A DNA stretch of 64,000 bases, taken from contig JAAPAO010000074.1 in assembly GCA_013115145.1 (NCBI GenBank), positions 1-64,000 of the forward strand, given 5' to 3'. Position numbers and translations under genes: made by a program. Under the pieces are notes generated by a model, which worked only from the letters and a program-made list of their open reading frames with translations, made no database searches and was not told the DNA's origin. This document shows, in pieces, positions 23,079 through 34,100 of the stretch. The first letter of the stretch is position 1; each line of letters begins with the position of its first letter. The DNA comes from Perkinsus chesapeaki ATCC PRA-425 (taxonomy: Eukaryota; Protista; Perkinsozoa).

Positions 23079-24088
23079 TTACCGGTGTTCATCCGACCTT
23101 AGAGAGCTTAATCGAGACGATACAGTTGTCTTTAGTGCGTTGTGACTAGTCTACACTGTAGACTCTACACTCATACTTAACACTTTTACTATATCATGTG
23201 CCTCGTGCTGTAATCTGACCTTTTTTCGGTTGTTATTGTAGTTATTTACAAGCTGCTGCTCCTGCTGCCGTGGTATGTTATTTGTTGCTAACTCGTTGTT
23301 TTGTTCCTAGTTGTTGGTAACAACTTACAGTTCTGGGCATTGTCCAGTGCAAAAGTGACAGTCATACTTTCAACTGAGCCGTAACGAGTGACTACTAACC
23401 AGTAGACTACTCTTGTTAGAGAGAAGCCTACTATCGAAGCTAGAATATCGATAACCCACCATGTACTCAGTCTTCCAATAACAAACACCTATCTTCAGCA
23501 GCCGAGTTGACTACCGATAACGGGAAACCAAAACGACCGACACTGTACTGTAGCATACCGCGTGCCCTATGAGAGTTGGCCGCACTGACATTGTCCACTC
23601 CTGGATTTACTCAATACCATATGGAGAGGAATGATAGAGATAATCGTACAGCAGAGGAGGACATAAATGCTATAATGGCTTTGGTGGCACGGAAATAAAA
23701 GTTACAGGCAAATTAATGCATTCATCGATGGTCTCGTGCGAACTTGAACGGTCACCTGATGAGAGTGATGATGGCCTTCGACACTCGTGCCACAACTAGT
23801 GAAGTCGCCTATGCACAGGAGAATGGGAAGTGGGAAACAGTTAACCCGAAGCCCGGACAAGAGGCCTTTAACGGGATGCGCCGTTCCGTCCCGGCGTCTC
23901 TAGATCACAACCCGATGGCTTACTCTCATTCTCCCCCTCATCCCCCTGGTCTTCTATATACTTGACATCCTCCTCATCACTTGATGCACTCGAGACGCCC
24001 TCATCACTTCCCTCTTCATATTCTTCAAGCAATAGGGATGAAGCTGAAAAAGAGCCTCCGAGTGGAATATTCCGACTGGTAAGGCTCC

Positions 24089-25682
24089 TTAAGCCCCAGG
24101 GCTCCTATACGCTATACCAACACCTAACCTACTTGAGGGTGGTGAAGACTCCACCGATGCAACCTTGCTAGTGCTTCTGCGAGGTTGCCGAGATCTTGTT
24201 CGACGTCTGTTCGCTACAATCCGCGTGCCCTTATTTATCGTTGCAACCCTTGCCTCAGCTAACCTTGCTTTCTTAGACCTTTGCACTCTCTCAAACCTAA
24301 AACAGATAAGCAATAGTTTGTCTATGTTCAGTGGAATTCGCGAATTGAACCATATGTGTACTGCACGGTGGTTTCACTCGCTCAAGGCGAAGTGAGCATT
24401 TTTACTCTCTCTCCTCTTCATCAGACTTCTTCTCTTTAAGTCTCTGTAGCCACCTCTGTCGTCGCTGCTCTTGCTGTAGCCATACCGACTCCTCAGCCTT
24501 CTTCACTGCTATGACATCCTCGTTGGAGAATGAATTCGATGCCGTCGAGGAGGATGGTTGCTCTTCGGTCGCTCGAGATGAGAAGGTTGAATCAGCTGCC
24601 TCATCCATTTAACTGACCACATCTGAGTTATTTTCTTTGTTTCTACTTCAGTACTCCTCCACGTTACTCTATCACACAACAACCCCTTTAAAATGGACAA
24701 CATATATCTTTACAACATTAAGGCTCATGGAGCATAAGGCTGCTGCTGCTGTTTTTGCTGTACCACCACCACACGTGAACTCTTTATCATTGCACTCATA
24801 TCCTCAGTGCGGGCTAGTATCTCATCGATGCTTAAACGGCTGAACTTTATCTGCTGTAATCGTTTCTCGGTGTCTTCTATGATTGCTAGGTTTGGTTGGA
24901 ATCTGACGGCAACATGCTACTCCTTCTATGTCTTTCTCATATCTTACGAACTCTCCTTCCTTCTTTCCCTTCTTTCACTGTACCGTTTCTTCCTGTAACT
25001 CCTCGGTGTTGTAAAAGCTGATCGTGCCGTCGTCAAAGGCGTACCGCTTTCTGCACGGTCTCCCTCCTTATACTTTACCCCATCCCTTGCCGAATGGGCT
25101 ACACTCCACCCTTCTTGGGCAGGTGCGATAGGGAGAGACCTGAGCCGAAGTTCGGACCCATCACTCAAGCTAGTAGCTTACGGTATAGCATCATCTCTGG
25201 TCAATGCTCGATGGCCAGGAGATCCCCTGGTATCATGCAAAGAAGGCCCATCCCTATTACGATTGCATGCACTGCTGCTGCCCCCATCCCTAGTAGAGCC
25301 ATAACCCTCCTCCTCCTCCTTCTCCTCCTGTTGGGTTGGGTAGGGGGGCTTCCTATTAGGATAATAGCACCATGAGAGCTGACCTCCCATAAATAATTGA
25401 CAAATAAAGCTGTAGACTAAGAGCCAACGACAAGACCCCCCACGTGGTGGACAACAAAACATGCCTTGTAGTGCTGCTGCTGTAGGTGGTGGTGGTGAAG
25501 CACCTTGTTAAGGTATAAGCTTACAACAGTATCGCATGAGTGTCTCACTAAGCATGACTTCCCCTGCGTCAGAGGGGGTAATGGATTTATCAGGAGATGA
25601 CGATGTTGTTGAGGGCAGTGGTAACGGCGGTATTTGAGGTAGATGCTGCTCTGTAGAGGTCTTGGATGCATCAAGGGGACTC
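24089..25682 (-). CDS. Low-complexity charged exons, probably the 3' continuation of the EF-hand gene at 25683-27251
   Basis: Series of minus-strand S/R/E-rich ORF segments flanked by GT..AG; no recognisable domain. Confidence 0.4.
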
Positions 25683-27251
25683 TTAGTCTGAAAAGCAAAA
25701 ATACTCGACATCAACAGAAGACATTCTACTAACCTCAGAAGAATCTTTAACATCGCCACTAGTTGACTTAAGGGCCTCTGGTATCTGCATTGCTGAGAGA
25801 GCTTTGGCATGTCTGGATTTCCACAGCTGTTCGCTCGATGCTTTCACCGATCTTGGTGTGGGATAGGCACACGCCACCAGGCCCTCCGGTAGTATCATAT
25901 CGATGAAGTCATCACAAGTGAATAACACTTTACTAGCATCCTTGGTAAGAGCCTCCCTACCCTTCAATCTCACCAATACACGGTCCAGGTCAGCCATGTC
26001 ATCCAAAGCTTCAGAGAAGAAGCTCCTAAGCTGCCTTAGGTCGACTACTCCTTTATTACTATTGTCTATCATTCCAAACAACCACCTCAATTCCATTAGC
26101 CTTTCTAATGATATCTCCACCCCTTCCTGTCCTTCCCTAGATGCCCCCATACCCGGGCTAGACCCCCTACTTCTCCGACCAGCGAAGCTATTAACAGCCC
26201 TCTGTGCCGCAGTGAGCCGCTGGAACCGGGCTCTTACACCTAAAATGCCAGACCGTCCAGGAGCTGCCTCCTGCTGAGCGGCCGTCCTTTCTGCCTCCAA
26301 CTTCCTATAATAAGCTGCGTACTCCTTTATGAGGCCATCTATTGCTGGTTCTGACCAATTAGGCAGTAGGATCTTCAACACGTCTTTAAAGCCAACATAT
26401 GCTTTAAGCCTTTCCTCTGTTACATGGGATAGGATATAACGATGGGCGTGCAATAGAAACTTGGTCTCATCGGCCTTAGCTGCCTTATGCATCCTATTAA
26501 CATAGTCTCCAAGCTTAATAAAGGCTGATTTATCAGAGTCGATCAGTCTAAAGACGTAATGAAGCTTTTCAATCTGTTCTGGTGTCATCCTAGAAGCTGA
26601 GGTATCCGAGCTAGCAAAGGCCGCTGTAGCGGATGAGTCCGTTAACTTCACCCTTCTATTACCAAATGAAATAAGTGATGTCATCTCCACTAGAGGGTGC
26701 CTATGTATCCACTCTTGCCTGGGTCCATCACTCTCATCACACAGGACCCTTATCCACTCTGCATTGCTAGTATCCATTCCTTCATGGTCCTCCTCTTCCT
26801 TAACATCTATCCCTATCATTCTTAATCCGACCTTCATCTTATTCTTATAACCCTCTACCGTAGAGGTTTCTTCTATAACTTCCTGTGAGGCGGGTATCCT
26901 ATTTAACCCTGCCAGCATGGCCACCCCGACAACAACAGCAGTAGGGTCGATACCAGCCCTCTCCAAGAACATAACCCTACTACTAACGGGCTCCACTTCA
27001 CAATGCCATACTAGTCCAGCTATCAGTTCGTCCGTATTAACCCTCCGTTTGTGGTGATTCGTATTACCTCTGGAAAGGAACTTCATACACCTTTCAGCAG
27101 CCCGTGCAGTAAGGCCAAGATGCCGGACTAGTTCGGCTTCGGTGGTCTCTGCCCTTCTCAGAGCTATATGTATCCTGGCTGCATCCATCAGTGAGTTGAC
27201 CTTCAATAAGAGGTCACCACGAGACGTCTTAGGTGGCGGAATCGATGACAT
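25683..27251 (-). CDS. EF-hand domain-containing protein (large first exon)
   Basis: 1.6-kb ORF with ATG at 27251. Degenerate EF-hand loops FRLIDSDKSAFIKLGDY and FGMIDNSNKGVVDLRQL. Confidence 0.7.
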   Translation of the reverse strand: MSSIPPPKTSRGDLLLKVNSLMDAARIHIALRRAETTEAELVRHLGLTARAAERCMKFLSRGNTNHHKRRVNTDELIAGLVWHCEVEPVSSRVMFLERAGIDPTAVVVGVAMLAGLNRIPASQEVIEETSTVEGYKNKMKVGLRMIGIDVKEEEDHEGMDTSNAEWIRVLCDESDGPRQEWIHRHPLVEMTSLISFGNRRVKLTDSSATAAFASSDTSASRMTPEQIEKLHYVFRLIDSDKSAFIKLGDYVNRMHKAAKADETKFLLHAHRYILSHVTEERLKAYVGFKDVLKILLPNWSEPAIDGLIKEYAAYYRKLEAERTAAQQEAAPGRSGILGVRARFQRLTAAQRAVNSFAGRRSRGSSPGMGASREGQEGVEISLERLMELRWLFGMIDNSNKGVVDLRQLRSFFSEALDDMADLDRVLVRLKGREALTKDASKVLFTCDDFIDMILPEGLVACAYPTPRSVKASSEQLWKSRHAKALSAMQIPEALKSTSGDVKDSSEVSRMSSVDVEYFCFSD

Positions 27252-27907
27252 GAAAATAACAAAAACTATGCCCTGACTGCCGCCCACCACGACCAACGCC
27301 GCGCAAAGCCTTGAATGAAGTAACGTATTTTTCAGTGAATGTTCCAGAGACGTCTATTTGTTGTTACTGTTTTATCGTTATTATCGTGCCTCATAGATGC
27401 AAGGCCTTTGCTTCTGCCTTAACTTGTATAATATACGATGACCGCATTCACGACACCTCACGGCATCATGAGGTTTAATGTCAACATACCTAATAGGACA
27501 CTTACACTTACTAAATACTATTATTACGCTCCACATTCCCCACAGAGATATGTAACAGCAACTTGGCTTTCTAGCTCGGCAATGCCACCACCGAACATAC
27601 CAGCTCCAGTAGCCTCATCCCCGCCACCGGCTGCTGCCCCTCCTGCAGGATTATCGGCTCTCTGGAATAATGAAGTGTGTTATATTATACGAACTATTTA
27701 TTACCAATACAGCGTCGAAGTCAAAACCGCCATCTCCACTTGCCATTACGATTTACGGTTGCGCACGACGACGACGACAAACGGTGCCGAACCGAGGTTG
27801 GTAATTTCGTGGCGCGCTAGAAATTCGAGCACTAGAAAAGGAGAACAACGTTCATCATCTCCCAGTGCAAAGTAGCCACTGGTTTTTATTACTAATACCT
27901 TTTGAAG

Positions 27908-28338
27908 ATGACTACTATGGTTAGCATTAGCCGCTTGCTGGATGCCCTGGTTACTGGGGCATTTGTAGTATGCTTATCTGGACTGTCATTGTAATAGGGA
28001 ATGGTAGCGTTAATGATATTACAGCTAGAGGTGTCAGATACATTATGAGCTTATTTTACAAGTTCATAGTGGTCACTGAGAGGGCTCGTACCGGTGTATT
28101 TGGTAACTTCCTACAGAATGCCTTACCATTCAAGGTTAGTGTTACTCTTCCCTTTATTATATTATTATTTGATTAGCATAATCGTTTCGAGTATAACCTA
28201 ACACATATTCTATTATTTGGTATATTGATGACATTGTTTACATTATCACATCATAAGTATCTGGATTATCTAGAAAAAAGGGATAATAAAGGAGGGAACA
28301 AGGGGTCTGCTAAGGGAGGAAAGAAGGCGACTGAGTAA
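27908..28338 (+). CDS. Small membrane protein of unknown function, multi-exon
   Basis: Exons MTTMVSISRLLDALVTG / ...RGVRYIMSLFYKF...NALPFK / HNRFEYNLTHILLFGILMTLFTLSHHKYL...KKATE*. One hydrophobic segment and a basic tail. Confidence 0.55.
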
Positions 28339-28440
28339 AGGATAATAACACATAATGGAGGTCTCTATTACACCACTCATTACCACTTTGAGTTGAAGGT
28401 CTTAATATCGAATAAGGCTAAGTTCAAATTTATTATCATA

Positions 28441-30623
28441 ATGTCATCTACTACTACATTGTGTAGTCTAAACCTACTAAAATCGAATCCAGCATTACTA
28501 AGGACAGGGCTTGCCTCCCTCTCAACAGCCCTCAGAGGCTTTGCTACTGCAGCCAGGACTAACAGTGATATAGAGGCCAGTGTGAAGGGGATTATTAATG
28601 ATATTAATAATAAAGAGAATCAAGATGTAATACTACTATAGGGGTTATGGTAATGCGGCTACTACCATTAGACCGGAGATGCTGACCCTTCAGCAGAGGC
28701 CAGTGTGATAGAACAGGCTAAGGCTGGTGAGGTGAAAGATCCTGTTAAACTCAACAGGGCCACGCTTGCAGAGGCAGTGAAGGCTATTCAGGTAAGGAAT
28801 ATAGGTGTAATAGTACTGGTACGGTTGTTATGTCATCAGCCCAGTCTTTATGAAAGTGCAGTAAATAATGTAGTTGGTAAACTTACACAAGTCGATGCTG
28901 TTGTTTCATCATTAGAAGGCCCATCATCTACTCTAGGTAATGCTACATTATACTCCTTCATAAGATTATCATATAGGTAATGGACGTCTGGGCCGGTATA
29001 CTCCTGGCAATGGGAAGGCTGCTGCTGTTATTACTGATACAGACGAGAGTAACCTCCTTAAAGCTGTCACTGATAGGTTAGTTCACCGTTGTCGTCAGCG
29101 CTTGAGTATCGCACTCCCTCAGTGCTATAGCGGTGGCTCTTGGATATTCCCCTGTTACTCTGTATTGCCCTGATGAGATGGCACCATTGGCTCGGGCACT
29201 AGTAGCAGGCCGAGGTGTGGTTGTAGCTACGCAGGAGGTGACACCGAAGGCCATGGAGGAGGTTGCAGTGTAGGGACGGGTTAAGGGGGTAGTGACGACC
29301 GTGCTATATTCAGGATTAGCTGCCCTCCAAGCTTTCCTCGGTCAAGCCTCTTCTGGGCTGATGATGACGTGACATCCCCAACCAGTAGAGTGCAGCTGTT
29401 AGGTCGAATATCTCAGGGACCAGCATGGATGAGGCTAGGACGACTCTTCAATAGGGGGGATACTACCAGCAAGTAATACCAAAGAAGAGGAGGAGGGCTC
29501 AAACGGTAGAGCTTGATAGGTACGAACTGCCACTGCTGGCCGAGGATGCTCTCACTTTCTTGGACCCAGCAAGCCAGAAGAAGTTCATGGAAGTGGTCGA
29601 TGAGACTTTGGATGTGATCAGAAGTGTAGCTGATGACTCTGGTGTGATAGAGAGATCAACGGAGAAGGATGAGGTAATGGTAGGGTAGTTGTTGGATGAA
29701 GGATTGTCAGAGTGTCAGGCGAGGGTAAGGCATTTACTGTTGGCCTCCCCAGCACCATACGATGCTTTGGTAAAGACTGCTGCATTGGAGGCTACAATGA
29801 AGGAACTATGTACCACTGACGATGAGGTGAGGGAAGACTGATAGGATGATGGTGGTGGTAAGAAGTAGTGACTTAGGACACACGGACAGTGTTACATTAT
29901 GTCTCTGTGGGTGGTGAACCACTAGTGGACCCAGCTAAGAGTTTCTGCCGCTTTACAGGAAGGAGCCTCGGATGGCAGAATATCACTCATAAGTCCTATG
30001 ATGAGCTATTAACATGGCTCAATGAGCATGGTACCATCCATATTTGTCCTCTCCCTGCACGATTGCTTTGACAGATACTCGAACACCACAGTTCTACAGT
30101 ACCGTTGAGTACAACCTTCTACCAAAGGTCTTTACTGATGCTGTTGATGTTGTGAATGACAGGTTCCCATTAGATGCGGTGCAATTATCGTAACAAATTC
30201 AGAGGTCTCCTCGGGGTAAAAGCGCCTTGTAGGTCATGGTATCTTAATGACTATCTTGCCGGAGCTGAAGTGAACCTTAATAGTGACGAGATGGTCAGAG
30301 ATATTGTAGGTGTTGGGGGTAAGGTTAATGGCTTTAAGCTGCCCTTAGACCACCAAACCACAACCGAGGAACGACATGTTCGGAGGCTTTGATGATGCCA
30401 CTGATCCCATTACTGATCTCTCTGAATTCAGTGATGAGGAATCCGATGGTGATGATGAGGCTAAGGTGAGAATGGCAGGCTGGCTTGGGGTGGTGAGTGT
30501 TCTGGTATTTAGAACGAAGAGAAGCAGTCCTCCGTGGATGAGACAGCTGATGATGTTGACATGAAGGATAAGATAATGAAAGAGTTAGATTCATTGAAAG
30601 ATACCGAGAATAAGACAGCGTAG
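28441..30623 (+). CDS. Probable mitochondrial protein of unknown function, multi-exon
   Basis: N-terminus MSSTTTLCSLNLLKSNPALLRTGLASLSTALRGFATAAR is a typical presequence (no acidic residues, R-G-F-A cleavage-like site). Many in-frame exons lead to an acidic C-terminus ending ...DTENKTA*. Confidence 0.65.
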
Positions 30624-30726
30624 ATGATAGGCGCGTAGAAATTTGTTTCAAACCCAAGTTTCAGTGAAGTCACTGTCGATTGGTGTTGTTAGTGTGCAGT
30701 ACACCGGCATCAGGCATTCACTTGTG

Positions 30727-31001
30727 ATGGGTCAGGCGCCATCAGCCGTTGTGTCCAAGAGTATCGATACTTCACATCCTACCAGCCAGCCTCTACCTTG
30801 TGAAAGGGAACTTGACGTTTATTTAGAATGTGTCAAGAGGTGTGATGCTCGGTATTGATAACGATTTAAGCTGCTTGCCTCAGTACCCCTGCTAAAGAGG
30901 CCATACGATGTGAATCAGTGCGTAAACTGTACAGTCAATGTATAAAGGAACAAGAAGATGAGAAGAAAAAATCTTTGGATGTTACTGGAACCGATTGTTG
31001 A
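30727..31001 (+). CDS. Twin CX9C (CHCH) protein with N-myristoylation motif, ~76 aa
   Basis: MGQAPS...CERELDVYLEC-VKSTPAKEAIR-CESVRKLYSQC, after removing the 44-nt intron 30840-30883. Confidence 0.8.
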
Positions 31002-31190
31002 CTTTGTTTATATTGATGATGTTTGTTGGTCATCTTACCATCATCTTCTCATTCTATCTCTTGCAGTTTGTGTTAACTGTAGTTGAAGTGTTGTTGGACT
31101 ATTGCAAGCTACTTCTTGTTTCAATCCTTCACGAGTAAGTTGAATAATCAGACCACAATCACCTCAATGAACACAGTTGTTACTCTTTCA

Positions 31191-34100
31191 TTATTTGGAT
31201 CCGAGCAAAGCAAGCCAATGTCCGTACTCTCGCATACTAACACCAGATGTTGTTGAGTGTGGAGAATCAGATAACTTGACAAAACGTATTGCACAGTAAC
31301 ATTTCAAACTACTACTACCGGGTAGAACTGCTAGACTACGATGGCGATGGTATAGGGGGGTTATGATGGGAAAAGGAAATATATTAAAATCAATACACAT
31401 CAAGTATAACAATATCATCATCATCACAACAGACATCACCACCATCACCATCATCGTCCTCATTATCGTAGGTATCGCTCGCAACATCATTCACTAAATC
31501 TCTTCCAAGATCATCGGCCTCACTTGCAGAGTCATCTTCTCTATGGTGAGATTCTGGCTCAGCATCTCCAGACGGTTGGGATCTTTCTCCAACTGCGACA
31601 AGAAAGCCCTAGAGAGGCTATCGAAGGGTATCCTTCTCACCTCGTCTTAGCTTATTTCTCCGTGAATTAGCAGCCTCATCAGCATCCCTTGCTATCCCTT
31701 GTATGATGTTATGCATTGTATTGCTAACATCTCCTTCTGGCCTATGCCTCCGCACACCTCCTGATTCATTTCCAAGAGTTGGTGGCATAAGTAGTATATC
31801 GGCCTAACATCACCATACACTCAAAAAGTCCACACTACTGCTGCTGCTGCAGCTGTTGCTTACTGCAGTTGCAGAGTTCTTCAGGGTTAGCTCTCTCATC
31901 TGCTCCCTTGCTATGAACACCAACTCTGAAGCCACTTTCCTTATTGGTTTCCACGAAGCAGCTTCCTCTGGTATCCATCGTTTAACTGCTCGTCCGACTT
32001 GCAGACATCTCCTCAGAGTTGGGAGCGATCCTCCATTAGCGAGCTCATCCGTAAGAACCCTGAATTGCATGAAGCAGACTGTCAGGAGGGGGAGGGGGGC
32101 TCACCGCAGCATTTTAATTAGATCATCCTTCACAGAGTCCTTGAGGTTCTTGTTATCAGCTACCTCAGTCATGAACACCTATACTGAGGTATGGCCAACA
32201 GCAGCAGCAGCCGATGAGCTGTACTGTATCCTACTGTCTCCCAAGGTGCATCCTCCGAGCTTGCATTCATTACAGTCGTTAGAACCTTCTGAGGACCGTT
32301 GTCAGCAGTAGCCTTCTTAGAGACTGCAGCTTTGGACTAATAAATAGGAGTTAATACAAGGGCATCATCATCATCATAAAACCTACCGGCTGAGATTTAG
32401 ATCCACCTACTGCCCCAGCTGAAGGCTTCTTGCGTTGCGGTCTTCTTCCGAATCGACAATAAGAGTTAAGGCTTGACATGTGGACGCGAAGTATCCTTCC
32501 AGCCAGCCTCTTAAGCTCTTCATTCTCCTCTGGATCACTCGGGAGATCCCCAAAATCATTATCAGGCTCGGAGTCGGATTCATAATCCGCCGCTGCCCCT
32601 CCTGTTTTTGTGAAGTATAATAATATCCAATAATAGCACTTTACCGATTGAGAAGGATGATGTGTCTGCCCTGGTAGTAGATGAAGCGCCACTGGTATTT
32701 AATTCAGTAGACGGTCGACTGCCACCACCACCGCCGCCGGACCCACTGCTTGGTTGGCGGCCATCGACACTGAGATACACATGTAGCGATGAACACAGTG
32801 TTATTGAGTTACCGTCCATCTTGGGGCCGCGATCCTGCTGCTGCCCACTCATCATCATCATCATCATCGATATCATCATTTCCAGCATACTTAGCTCTCT
32901 CTTTTCGAGCTTTCTCAATCTCTTCCGCCTCTGCCTTGCTTACCTTCTTATTCCACTTCCTTAAGTTCTTCTTGATAACATTTATCTGATTAAGCCTTTA
33001 TTCCCTCCTCGCCTTTAAACCACTAACCCTCACCTTTTTCTCGAATGCCCTCTCCTTTTGATGCCTCCGCCGGGCTGTAATAAGATTTGAGTATCGTTTG
33101 TCCCGTCGACGCTCCTGCTCTGAATCATACTCAGCATTGGTGTCAGAGGACAAAGAATCGGTATCAGGATCGGTATCGTATCTGCACATATTTGCACGCA
33201 TGCACAAGTAACCGTCATGGCGGTGAGACAACACCTCTGAGCCTCAAGTTGCTCATCTTCATCGCTGTCAGCCTCATCTGGTGGATCCTCACAGGTGAGA
33301 TGTTTCCACTAATAAACAGCATTGAGTATTGGTAGCTTCTCTCATCCATATCTTACTGTATGCTTTTTCCCCTCTACTTTCTGTTGTAGTAGACCACAAT
33401 GGAATTCCTGAGGACTGTCATTCTCTACACCATGCCGTTTGGCAATGTAATAAGGAGCACGACGATACTTCCTGATTGAGGGGCATCATCCTGGTAGGAT
33501 GGATGGGAAAGCATCAGCAGCCTCACCCGCAACGATCACATCTGATCCACCAGTAATGCTTGTAGCCCTGTCTTGAATCTGCCTTTTGTGTTTGGAGATG
33601 ACGCCTGTGGACTCGAGCAAAGATCTCGCTTCTGAATCCATACCGATTTCTCCACAAAGAGGCTGAGATTGGGTGTTACCTCTGTTCATAATCAGAGAAG
33701 GCAGTGACCGAATAGCACATTTGAGCGGCTAAAGTCCGAGTCTTCTCCCACGATACCCCAGCAATCCTCTTAAACATTTTAACAGGATAATCGGTGCCAT
33801 CCTCTCCCCCATCATCCCGGTGAGAGGAGACATGATCATCGTCATCATCTGTAGTGGAAGAACTGCCACTCGACGGCCTGGAGTGGTATGGGAACTAATG
33901 CAACAGGGTCCTGTGGTACTCACCTCCTTCCTTCTTGATCATCACCGTTATTGCTGACTTTATCTTCATCATCATCCCCAACAATCAAAAGGCTACCAGC
34001 CATAATCGAGCTTAGGAACAGATGCCTCTCTCTAGTAGTGGACTGGCGTACATCCAAAATCAATGCTGGGCCTGAAAGAAGAGTAACACAAGTCTACAAC

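Noticed and set aside
23580-24171. Possible plus-strand gene or decayed element
   Set aside because: Short ORFs with stops, and no recognisable motif or consistent splice pattern.
27908-28338. Resemblance to DAD1/OST2 or ribosomal protein S15a
   Set aside because: Only a few N-terminal residues look similar; the conserved motifs are absent.
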